From: Oopsacas minuta
Taxonomy: Eukaryota; Animalia; Porifera
Length of the DNA stretch: 64,000 nucleotides
Reading direction: 5' to 3'
Assembly: GCA_024704765.1 (NCBI GenBank)
Contig: JAKMXF010000304.1
Location: 102,847 to 166,846 of the forward strand
The number at the start of each line of letters is the position of its first letter. Position 1 is the first letter of the stretch. The translations under genes were made by a program, and so were the position numbers. This document shows, piece after piece, positions 13,474-24,798 of this stretch. The notes under the pieces were generated by a model that saw only the letters and a program-made list of their open reading frames with translations, searched no databases and was not told the DNA's origin.

Positions 13474-14924
13474 ATGTCTGTACTAATCACGAACAATGAG
13501 GCATATAGTTTGTATATTTCGGATGGAAGAAGTGTTACAGTCTCTGTTAGGAAACTTATTGAGAACAACCATTTATCCGATGAAGAAACTGCTACTCTCC
13601 ATTTAAAATTTAAATCACTTCTAACATCCAGAGAGGCTTACCGCAGGAGGGATCTTGAAACATGGGATAATATGATTTTCCACTCTACTCATCTAACAAT
13701 ATCCAATCCGAGAAAGAGAATATCGCTTGATCCTGAATTTTCTTCTTTAGTCACTGATTCTGAAAATCTAAACTTTTCAGACGGATTGTAACTGAATCCC
13801 GGAAGCATATTCTCGAATGTCACATGAAGACTTCCAGATCGAGACTTGGTGTTCTTTTAGAGCATGTGGACTTTTTAGCACAGAGAGAAAAGATTGAGCC
13901 TAAACAACTACGCTCTAGCTTTAGAATTAATCTCAAATAAATCCTATGACAGTGATACCTCAGACATGTGCAGAGAAATAATTGCTAAGGGGTCTTTTAG
14001 CGGTGTATTGAACAAAGTACAAATCTCTAAATGTGCTTATGTATTGGACAGATTAGAAATTGGGGCAAGTAAATACACGAATCTGAAAAGAATTCTCAAA
14101 GGTGATGTTAAGCTTCCTTCCTATAAGCTTGTCTCGCAATATCGTAGGGAAATAAGCCTAATAAATGAAATGGAAATAGTTAGCAACCCCGAAGCATTGT
14201 CAATTGGGACTTGCGTCTCTTATCATTCCATCCTTAGCCTGACCATTCAACGCTTGCTTCAAACATTAGACCCAGTTCCTGATTCACACTACCCACTAAA
14301 TTTAAGATATCCGATGGATTGGATGGCTCCGGTTGTCATCAAACCTATAACCAACAAAGCAACAATTCTGTATTAAGCACAAAAAATTTTCATTTTGTTC
14401 GGATTCAAAGTAACATCAATTACAGACACACTTGGAATGATGTGTTTTATAACAGCTCACTCAACTCTCCCTTCTGCTTTAGGCCAGTAGCACTGATAGG
14501 TTTGAAAGAAGAATATTCTAGTGTAAAGCTTATCATGAATACAATAGTCAATCTTCAAGCAGACCATATCATACTGGATGGGTTATCTCTTATTGGAGGC
14601 CATGCACAGGTTGAGATAGTCCGTTCCCTTTTTGATACCAAGATGGCAGGATTGCTGGATGGAGCTGGTGGGGCTTCTTGTCATCTGTGTACTGCAACGG
14701 ATAGCCAAATTAAAAGTTTAGAATGGGCCCATTCTGGTTTCCCTATTAACAGATTAATTAGCGACGCTCGGCAACTTTTTGAAGAAGTTGATGAAGAAGA
14801 TTACTTGAAACTCCCATCAAATCAACTTGTTGGTATTACACATCAACCAACTTCTAACATCGATATTATAGCTTTGTCTCCTTTGTATGCTTATCTTTGT
14901 GTATTCAGGTGGTTCATGCTATTG
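13474..14924 (+). pseudogene. RAG1-like/Transib transposase A, 5' two thirds, frameshifted
   Basis: GLDGSGCH, NSPFCFRP, RSLFDTKM..GAGGASCHLCTAT and SPLYAY..FRWFMLL motifs. Homology stops exactly at the end of element B (14925). Confidence 0.9.
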
Positions 14925-16397
14925 CACAGTGGGCTATTAATGCGAATTACTAGTATTAGGGTTTTACGCGTTCAATTTTAGAGATAGAGGCTTGTAAAAT
15001 AAATTATTACTGTATAGTAAGTCGACTATTGCGGTTCTTTTGTTGATTTCAATTTTGTTGTATCACATCAGGTTTTCAATATATGACGTAATCGTAATTA
15101 CCATGTACAGTAATACAGAAATCTGGATATTCACTAAACTGGGTTTTATTAGAAGAAATAGAATATGAATATATAATGGCTATGGTAACTGAAGAATAAC
15201 TAACATACGAATATCTTATTGATGAATTAATGATAAATGGAAGTAGAGTTCATCTATGGAATTTTGAAGGAGAGAATCTTCATTATCAATATTATTAGTG
15301 ACGTTTTCACCTTGCCTGTTTTTTACACAATTCTCTTGATGGCCTACTTGACCACAGGTGGAACAAATGGTGATCCTTCTGAATTTTTCATTCAGAATTG
15401 GACAACCATAGATGTAGAGCCTCATTGCAACATCACTTAACCCACTTAGAAAATCTGACTTCCTGCTCTAATGTGTTGAGAACTCTCGGATCAACTTATG
15501 TCCTTGTTCTAACCCTTATTCAGAAAGACTACACAATCCTACCTGTCATTTCCCTCAATAAACTGATGGGCATGAGCAAAGAATTAGTGGAGTGTATTGC
15601 TAATAGACACCCAGGGAAAGGTTTGTGAGATTAGTATGTAGATTTCTTGACTTAATACACGAAATCTGTCTACGTCGACAACTTCATTACTATTAGCAAC
15701 TCTGAGCAATGCAGATAGATTCCTGTGAATCTCTGTCAGAGCATCTCTATAAACATTTGGTACAAACGATAAAGAGATCCTATAACACGGTTTTTTATAT
15801 GGAAAAAATGTTCTTGCCATGTTACCAGTGCTTATGTTCCCACTTCCTCCTGGTTGGTCGAATAATAAGTTCGTAAGCTCATGGATACGCTTGCACTAAA
15901 CCTTGATATTCTCGCACCATTTGATCTTCAGTCCACTTGGACTTTCCTGCTTGCAATTCGGTAGATGAGGTTCAAAAACCAATCTGAAATCCTTAGGTAA
16001 GAATGTAAAGGTGCTGCAGGAAATACATCAATGCCACTTCACAGTGGTTTAGAAGCAAAGAATAGACAAAAAATTGATTCCGTATTTGATGGTTTCTTTT
16101 CATTTTATATTGTTTAAATGATTCTCATTTAAAATATCTAAGCGATTGAGACCCTAGAAGCTGTAAAATTTCTTCATCAAAGATGCGAAATATTTATAGG
16201 AAAATTGCGGCTTCATGATTTCCAAATTTAGACACAATTTCTAATGAACCTGTAGGAGCAATTACATAATCGAATGTTACTAATCTGGTATACTTTATAT
16301 ATTTTGACTATGCTAATTCTAAATATCTTGTTTCCATGACTGTATCTTGTATATATTTCGTGAACATAAGGTTTCTAAAATCTAGTAAAATCCATAC

Positions 16398-16699
16398 CAG
16401 GGTTCTATCTAGGATGTTAAATTTGGGGGGGAAGCTTTGAAATCCTTAGTACCCAATTATCAAAATATTACAACCTTGAAGTAAACACCAAACTTTTAAT
16501 TTAATTCCTAATAATAAAGATTTCCCATTTGTTATTTATTTACACTTCAAATAGTATTTTCACAATGAATTGATATTCTAATAATTTATCAATTGAATAA
16601 TATATTGCGATTAATAGTACATTTTATGAGATTTTTGTGGGGGAAGCTGAAGTGTTGGGGAGGAAGCTTCCCCCCACCCCCCCAGTAGATAGAACCCTG
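16398..16699. mobile_element. 302-bp MITE with hAT-like TIRs and 5-bp TSD
   Basis: Perfect 14-bp TIR CAGGGTTCTATCTA; flanking CATAC at 16393-16397 and 16700-16704. Confidence 0.85.
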
Positions 16700-17015
16700 C
16701 ATACAGAATTTTTACAAAGAGGAATACTTAAAGTGTCAGGAAAAATAAACAACATAAAACAACAGCGCAAAATGAATCGAATACACGCATTACGATTCCT
16801 AAAAGGTAATCTAAAACCACAAAACCCGAAACAGTGCGCAACCTATAATTTTCAATGACATTCTATTACAACTTTTCGTTGCTAGGAAATTCCCATTGTA
16901 GCATACTGCAACAATGGAATGAAATAGTATTGAATTTCGTCCTTGAAATTCATTATAGCGACTTATATATATAATCTACTGAATAATACATATTTTTCGG
17001 AATTTCCCGAAAACA

Positions 17016-19232
17016 ATGACAGAAGAGTTAATTTTCCCAAAGTCCCGCCTCGAATTGGCAAGAATCCTGAAAGACAATAATAATTGTGTCTTGAAAACGA
17101 TAAAATATTTCAAAGAACACTTTGAAATAGACTCTGATAATACGAAACTCTTGGAAACGTTGCTGTTAAGAATTCGGGACAGATTCAAGAAGGCGAAGAG
17201 ATCTTTAGATTGTTTAGAAGGAGAATGGTGGCATTCTAACATTTCCATGAAACCTGAGTTAAAGAAAAATCGTGTTTCTGATATACTAGAATCGTCTTCT
17301 GATGATGGTGAAGTTCCCATTCATTCAGTGAGTCATAGGAAGGATCTTGATGATCTCTCTCTGCAACAACAGCGTACTCGATTGTCAAGTCCGCTAGAAT
17401 GCATTAAGTCACTCTCAGTTATTGAGAATACTACAGAAATAAGCATTGCAGCACTCTCATTACAACTATTGGCAAATGAGGAGAATAATCGTCAGGTTGC
17501 TACGGTAGCCAAAGAGATTATTGTCAGTGGAGGATTCTGTAACCTCAGTAACAAGCATGTTCCAGTTGATAAAGCCTTATTCCTGCTAGATTTACTTGAA
17601 GTGGGCAGACGAAAATACACTCAATTACGTCAAACACTTCTACCAGACAATATACATTTCCCATCTTACAGCAAGCTAGCTAATCTGAAAGATGTCATGA
17701 TTTCGCGATCCAGTATAACTTTATATCCTAATCCAGCTAAACTAATAGGTATACACGCACCATATTGTCTTCAAGTTCAGAAAACCCTGGAAAGAATATT
17801 ATCAATGGTAGATCGCCCCACAAGTGAAGAATTCCCACTCACATTTAAAATCGCAGATGGCTTAGATGGTTCTGGTTGTCACACTATCTACAACCAGCAG
17901 ACAACTAATACTTTCACCAAAAACTTCATTCGGGTTTGTTTCAAGCCCATCTCCATCCACACTGTAACAAACAGGATTGTTTGGCAGAATAAATCCCCTA
18001 ATTCACCCTTCGCTCAAAGACCTATTTTTCTCTGCGCTGCGACAGAATGCGAAGAAAATATTCGTTCCTTCATGGAGACTATGATTAATCCCGATATAGC
18101 GATGTTGCAAAATGGGATTCCTTTAGAAAATGGTGTTGTCAATGTCGATATTATCCGCTCAATGTTTGATGAGAAGATGGCAGCCATTCTCTCTGGAGCT
18201 GGAGGAGCCAGTTGTCAGATGTGCACTGCCACACATAAAGCTTTGAAGGACCGGAATTTAGTTCTTGAAGGGTTCCCCATCAACAGAAATATCACAGATG
18301 CAATCGAGTTATTTTCGCACATTGATGACATTGAGTCGTTCTTTGCTCTTTCGACTAATGAACGCTTCAATTCAACTCATCAACCAATTTCAGAGATTAA
18401 CATACATCCAGCATCTCCACTTCATTCATACACAGGCGTATTTGGGTAAGTAATCTAGTACTCCATTAATCATTCAGAATTTGTCTTCACATAATTAAAC
18501 CAATTTTAGGTGGTTCAATTTGCTGGTTTATCATCTTCGCATCGAAAAGTTTACCTGGTCCCCAACTTCACCAGTTATCAAGGAGTCAATGAAATTCCTT
18601 CAAACATTTATTCAGGAGAAGACAGGATTAAAGGTTGACCAGCCTAATTCTAGCGGTGGAACCACCTCAACAGGGAATGTTGCTAGAACAGCCTTTTCTG
18701 ATGAAACTGAATACCTTGAATGCATTCTATCAACTGTAGCAATACAATATCGCCCAATCTTATCAAAGATACATACTCAGCTTTCAGCCATTCTTCGGGT
18801 TTTCAATTCAAGTCACAAGGTTAACACTTTGGAATTGGGGAAGTGGTGCAAGGATACCTACCTTGTCATCTTAGATTCTTTCCCCTGGGCTAGCATGACT
18901 CCAACCCTGCACAAGCTCTTGGCCCATTCCGAGGAGTTAATACGTGAGTCGAATTCTAGCTATGGCTTAAAGGCATTTTCAGAAGAAGGCACAGAATCAT
19001 GCAACAAATTAGTTAGAAAATATCGGAGAATTTAGCTCGTAAAGTTAGTTTTGAGACCAATAATATGGATATCTTCGTCAGATTAACTTCTCAAAGTAAT
19101 CCAACCTTAGTAAACTATCGAAGAATTTTGACTTGTGAACGATGTGGTCAATCTGGACACACAACGAGATCTAAATGCTGCAATGCTATGAACAATCAGA
19201 AAACTAGTATACAGACTTTATTCACGACTTGA
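17016..19232 (+). CDS. RAG1-like (Transib superfamily) transposase, ~717 aa, two exons (17016-18445, 18510-19232), one apparent 1-nt frameshift near 19025
   Basis: GLDGSG (first catalytic D), MFDEKM (RAG1 YDEKL, D708), CQMC (RAG1 CTLC), LHKLLAH (RAG1 FHKTLAH), SEEGTESCNK (RAG1 SEGNESGNK, E962). After the shift: ENLARK..DIFVRL..SNP and CERCGQSGHTTRSKC. Stop at 19230-19232. Confidence 0.88.
18446..18509 (+). other. 64-nt spliceosomal intron in transposase C
   Basis: GG|GTAAG...TTTTAG|G. Splicing gives VFGWFNLL, collinear with the unspliced VFRWFMLL of A. Confidence 0.88.
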
Positions 19233-20754
19233 AACCTCCAATACAGATTGCCTATCATGAACTTAAGTATGAATATAATGTATATTTTGTAAATCAATAA
19301 GATAAATTCCATCATAAGTGTGACGTCATAATTCTGAAGACGTCATAACTCTCTAAATATAAGCCCTACAACAAAATTTTAAGTTCAAGGTGATTGCCAA
19401 ATACGGATAACCAATATGTAATCAATAGATTTCATGGCGATAAAGTCGAGTAAAATGTATTTATTGAAGAAAATTTAAAATTTCACATATATCAATGACG
19501 TCATAAATTGGAAATTTTAGGCCATATACTTGTTATGACAAGATGTATTGGTTCCTTATATATAATAATCTATATGTAAATAATACATTTCATATGGCTA
19601 TCTCACACCAAAATAGCTATTCTTTACTAACTGCCCTATTAAACCACTGTTCACTTGCAGGTTCGTCTGCAATCCCACACCGTTGCTTTGTATTGTAGCT
19701 CATCAGCTCTTTTCCATCAGAGGTTAACTGACGGATTGTCTCTTTGATATCCTCTATCGAACAATCTAAAGGAAACCCGTAGACAACATTCGTAATACTA
19801 TTGATGTCACGGCTTGCTTTGCAGGAAATACATGGCGCTCCTCCTTTCCTGTCATTGTTGCTAACGTTTTTCCGTCAAACATTGAAGCTTTGACTCTACT
19901 TTAACATGGCCATTTAGGTGATGAAATCCATTCTGATTTAGTGAAACAATTTCAGGGTTTATTTACTTGCTCAATTCTATCACTTTGTCAATAGTCTCCT
20001 TTTGGCAAATAAGTGCTACTGGTTGGTTGGAAATCAGGAGTTAGGATGCCTGTTTTCCCACAGAACATTCCCGAATCGATCTATTACCTGAAGGGGTGAA
20101 ACCATGAAGACAATATAATTTGATCGGTCTATATTCAAGTCTGACAATAACCCAGGAGAGGAATGAGATCCAGAGCGATCCAGTCCATGCTTGATTTTGA
20201 GTGTTAATGGATGCAGTGTGGTGCAGGAAAATTTAGCACACATCCTTTTAACAACCGGTCAAAGAGAGAAATTACATGTGATGAGTAAGATATATAGACC
20301 CCTGTAGGATTGGAAACATTTGGATACCAGTCGAATGTTGGAACAATTGATTTTTTAATTTCACTAATTTTTCCCAAGTTGCCAAAACGAGGCCTTCTGA
20401 TCGGAGATAATATTTAAGATCTCTCCATTTTCCTTTCCCAAGCTTAAGTTGATATGCTAAGAATGTTGATTTTTCTGGTGAAACTATGTTACTGAGGATT
20501 GGTATCGATTCTTCGTTATAGATTATCCAAGCGATATTTGCGATGCTTTTAAAACCAATTTGTTCTACCGCTACAGTATACAACAGGAGAGCAACGTAGC
20601 GAATGACAGAAATATTTTCAAGTTGTGCTAACTGACGAATGGAAGTAAGTATCCCAGTCTGATCAAGCCTTATCTTCTTTGAACGAACTTGAATATCATC
20701 AATTGATTTTCTCCTCTCTACATTTGGAACCAATCTAACACCGCTTTCTACATC

Positions 20755-22628
20755 CGGATACCGACAATTCGCACCGCGATAATTCGCACCACCGACAATT
20801 CGCACCTAATTTAGTATGATATTAGTTAATTAATTTAATCTAAGTACACGTTAATAATCAATTTTCTAATAATTATTTCTGCACACAGAAAGTCTTAATT
20901 GGATAGATAATTCCAATTTTAGATGACATGATTCCATGAATCCATTTAATGATATGAATTCCAAAGATTGTTATAGTAAGTATTAAGTAAACACACACGA
21001 AGTAAATACTCTTAGGGCTATATTTGGTAAAGAGGAATGTAGCAAACAGGGTGTGATCACCTGTGATATTTGCAATCCTCGGACATAAATAGAAAATGAT
21101 CTAGTTCTAACTCAGATTCGTTTTCTCATTACAATCATCACAATATATCTTTGAAATTATAACTTCACAATGACGGAACCTCTTGATCAGCCGACCTTTA
21201 GGCTGATCAAGTCACAAAGAGGAGGAGACAAGCTGTTGGAGGATGGATATTTGTTTGGAGTGCAGAGGAGAGTTGGAGATGTGACGCATTGGTTGTGTGA
21301 GCAAAGAGGGGTGTGCAAAGCTAGAGTTCATACCAAAGGGATGGTGATAGTCAAGCGCACGAATGAGCACTCCCATGGGCCTGGCGAGTAGGCAGCGGAC
21401 TGTTGTGAAGCGAAGGCAGGCATGAAGAGGAAAGCACGGGAGTCCCAGGATAGCACACACCACATAGTGGGCGAGAGTTTGCTAACAGCATCAGAGGGTA
21501 CTGCTGCTAAACTCCCCAAACTGGACAGCCTGAAGCGGACGATACAACGCCAACGTGCTAGTGTACTTGCAGCTCCAGCACAGCCTACCACTCTAGCAGA
21601 GCTAGCTCTACCAGCAGTCTACCAGCAGACAGCCAAGGGAGAACAGTTCTTACTCTACGACTCTGGTGCAGACGATGTACACAGATTCCTCATCTTCGGG
21701 ACACAACACAACCTCGGGATGCTACGGCGAAGCAAGATCTGGCTAGCTGATGGCACCTTCAAGACGGCACCTCCCCTCTTCGCCCAGGTGTATGTGGTGC
21801 ATGGACTTCGTGGAGGAGATGATCCTATGAAGACCGGCCATCTGTTACCGAGCCTGTTCGTGCTACTGCCCAACAAGACGGAGGCTGCCTACCTGAGGAT
21901 GTGGGAACAGATCTGCCTACTGTGTCCACTTGCCGAGCCTCAACAGATGCTCCTGGACTTTGAGAAGGGCGCGATTACCAGCTTTGAGCATGTCTGGCCT
22001 AACACAGTAGTGAAGTGCTGCTTCTTCCACCTCACACAAAATATCTGGCGACATGTGCAGTCTGTAGGGCTGCAGTCTGCCTACACACATGACGAAGAGT
22101 TGGCTATGCGCATCCGGAGGATACCAGTCCTTGCTTTTGCCCGACCAGCAGACGTACCCGATCTGTTTGATCAAGTGGCAATGGACCTCCCCCTTACGCC
22201 TGAAATAGGCGAACTAGTCGACGACTTTGAGAGGACGTATATCGACCGCACAGTTGCCAGCGGATACCATGTAGCGGCGACGTACCCTATTCACCTGTGG
22301 GACAACCACATCGGCACGCCCTTAGGACTCCCCCGTACAACCAACGCCGTAGAGGCATGGCACCGCAGCTTCAATGCCACTGTCGGCTGCCATCACCCTA
22401 CCATATGGAAGTTCATCCTCTCCCTCAAGCGTGAGCAGGGCCTAATGGAGGTGCGGCATACTAACTACCTCGTTGGCAAGCCACCAACCAAGCGGAGGCG
22501 GTCCCAACAGAGTGAGGAAGCGTTGAAGACTCTAGTTCGTGAATATTATTCTCCAGATCGTTCTAAAATGGAGTTCTTGCAGGGTGTAGCACATCATTTC
22601 AGCCTGGGAGCCGATTAACATGTTAATC
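20755..22628 (+). mobile_element. MULE (Mutator-like) element, left part
   Basis: Left terminal region with 3 copies of AATTCGCACC (20767-20806) abutting element B, followed by a FLYWCH-MULE gene. No right TIR found. Confidence 0.8.
21170..22618 (+). pseudogene. FLYWCH zinc finger + MULE transposase with one in-frame stop (21389-21391)
   Basis: HWLCEQRGVCKARVH..HSH; WLADGTFKTAP, LLDFEKG, CFFH and RTTNAVEAWH. The ORFs at 21170 and 21422 are in the same frame. Confidence 0.92.
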
Positions 22629-22675
22629 AAAGCATTATCTAGCCCTCAAATACATTGATTAGAGATAATCCTTTA

Positions 22676-24028
22676 GATTAACATGTTAATCGGCTCCCAG
22701 GCTGAAATGATGTGCTACACCCTGCAAGAACTCCATTTTAGAACGATCTGGAGAATAATATTCACGAACTAGAGTCTTCAACGCTTCCTCACTCTGTTGG
22801 GACCGCCTCCGCTTGGTTGGTGGCTTGCCAACGAGGTAGTTAGTATGCCGCACCTCCATTAGGCCCTGCTCACGCTTGAGGGAGAGGATGAACTTCCATA
22901 TGGTAGGGTGATGGCAGCCGACAGTGGCATTGAAGCTGCGGTGCCATGCCTCTACGGCGTTGGTTGTACGGGGGAGTCCTAAGGGCGTGCCGATGTGGTT
23001 GTCCCACAGGTGAATAGGGTACGTCGCCGCTACATGGTATCCGCTGGCAACTGTGCGGTCGATATACGTCCTCTCAAAGTCGTCGACTAGTTCGCCTATT
23101 TCAGGCGTAAGGGGGAGGTCCATTGCCACTTGATCAAACAGATCGGGTACGTCTGCTGGTCGGGCAAAAGCAAGGACTGGTATCCTCCGGATGCGCATAG
23201 CCAACTCTTCGTCATGTGTGTAGGCAGACTGCAGCCCTACAGACTGCACATGTCGCCAGATATTTTGTGTGAGGTGGAAGAAGCAGCACTTCACTACTGT
23301 GTTAGGCCAGACATGCTCAAAGCTGGTAATCGCGCCCTTCTCAAAGTCCAGGAGCATCTGTTGAGGCTCGGCAAGTGGACACAGTAGGCAGATCTGTTCC
23401 CACATCCTCAGGTAGGCAGCCTCCGTCTTGTTGGGCAGTAGCACGAACAGGCTCGGTAACAGATGGCCGGTCTTCATAGGATCATCTCCTCCACGAAGTC
23501 CATGCACCACATACACCTGGGCGAAGAGGGGAGGTGCCGTCTTGAAGGTGCCATCAGCTAGCCAGATCTTGCTTCGCCGTAGCATCCCGAGGTTGTGTTG
23601 TGTCCCGAAGATGAGGAATCTGTGTACATCGTCTGCACCAGAGTCGTAGAGTAAGAACTGTTCTCCCTTGGCTGTCTGCTGGTAGACTGCTGGTAGAGCT
23701 AGCTCTGCTAGAGTGGTAGGCTGTGCTGGAGCTGCAAGTACACTAGCACGTTGGCGTTGTATCGTCCGCTTCAGGCTGTCCAGTTTGGGGAGTTTAGCAG
23801 CAGTACCCTCTGATGCTGTTAGCAAACTCTCGCCCACTATGTGGTGTGTGCTATCCTGGGACTCCCGTGCTTTCCTCTTCATGCCTGCCTTCGCTTCACA
23901 ACAGTCCGCTGCCTACTCGCCAGGCCCATGGGAGTGCTCATTCGTGCGCTTGACTATCACCATCCCTTTGGTATGAACTCTAGCTTTGCACACCCCTCTT
24001 TGCTCACACAACCAATGCGTCACATCTC
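22676..24028 (-). repeat. Inverted duplicate of 21276-22628 (1353-bp arms, 47-nt spacer); carries a second identical 398-aa MULE ORF (22686-23882)
   Basis: Identical translations on both strands; paired coordinates sum to 45304; both arms carry the same TAG stop. Confidence 0.97.
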
Positions 24029-24040
24029 TTTCTCTTCTCA

Positions 24041-24157
24041 CTCCTCTCCTCTCCTCTCCTCTCCTCTCCTCTCCTCTCCTCTCCTCTCCTCTCCTCTCCT
24101 CTCCTCTCCTCTCCTCTCCTCTCCTCTCCTCTCCTCTCCTTTCCTCTCCTCTCCTCT
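24041..24157 (+). repeat. (CTCCT)n microsatellite, about 23 units
   Basis: Read directly; 20 perfect units at 24041-24140. Confidence 0.97.
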
Positions 24158-24797
24158 ATTCTCTCCATTGAGGTGCAGCTACCATGGAAGAAGGACAGTG
24201 GTTATGATGCGGTAGCTGCACCTCACTTGATCTTTCTACAACTCTCTCTCTTATATATATTATTTTAAGTTATCATAATTATTTATTTTCTTATTTTTCT
24301 TATATTTATCACTATTTTTATTCAATTAGTTTGTACACACATGCATATTAGTCATTAAATATAGTTTATTTATGACTTAACTTGATTCATCTGACTTGTT
24401 ATCGAATAGAAACCTAAAGGGTTAATTTCCTGGCACGAACGGGGTGATTCAAACTTTACGTACCACTTAATGCCTGAATTGGATATCCTATTGGCAAGTA
24501 TCCTTGTGTCCCCATTTTGTAGGATAATTGTGTAGGGGTATGAAGTTCATTTAATCATGACCTACGTGATATCATGATTATAAGTTAAATGAACAAAATA
24601 TCTGTTACAAATATCATTCCGATCTATCCCAGCAAGGCCAATATTTAAAAGTGGATGGCTAGTTTACTTAACCGAAACAGTACCCATCCAGAGATTAAAT
24701 TATCACCTATATTTATTGGATAAAGGGGTTGGCCAGATTAACCGGTGGCTCTATTAAGCGGAGTCCACCGTATTATTAAAGGAATTTAAGTAGCAAT

Positions 24798-24798
24798 N
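24798..24798. other. Single N: ambiguous base or collapsed assembly gap
   Basis: The only N seen in the window. Confidence 0.9.

Larger units (their letters stand above)
16040..19651 (+). mobile_element. Complete Transib/RAG1-like transposon C (3612 bp)
   Basis: Perfect 5-bp TSD CACTT (16035-16039 and 19652-19656). Left end CACAGTG-GTTTAGAAGC-AAAGAATAG; right end (rc) AACAGTG-GTTTAATAGGGCAGTTAGT-AAAGAATAG. Confidence 0.95.
15216..20752 (-). pseudogene. RAG1-like/Transib transposase B, degenerate and split by element C
   Basis: RKSIDDI, GLDRSGSH, WENRHPNS, FPWVSISNTLH and CSTCGQVGHQENC motifs. Removing 16040-19656 restores the in-frame text GIADEPASGIDVFPAAPLHSYLRISDWFLNL. Confidence 0.88.
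14925..20755 (-). mobile_element. Transib/RAG1-like element B, inserted in A; 5' end missing
   Basis: 3' end CACAGTG-N19-TAGTATTAG at 14925. Interrupted by C, truncated by the MULE at ~20755; no 5' TIR found. Confidence 0.8.

Noticed and set aside
13474-16034. Convergent gene pair that could mimic a RAG1L/RAG2L tail-to-tail locus
   Set aside because: The minus-strand partner is another RAG1-like C-terminus (element B), not a kelch/PHD protein.
21212-24215. Many 61-124 aa ORFs on both strands, including the poly-LLSSP ORFs
   Set aside because: They are shadow frames of the GC-rich MULE gene and translations of the CTCCT microsatellite.
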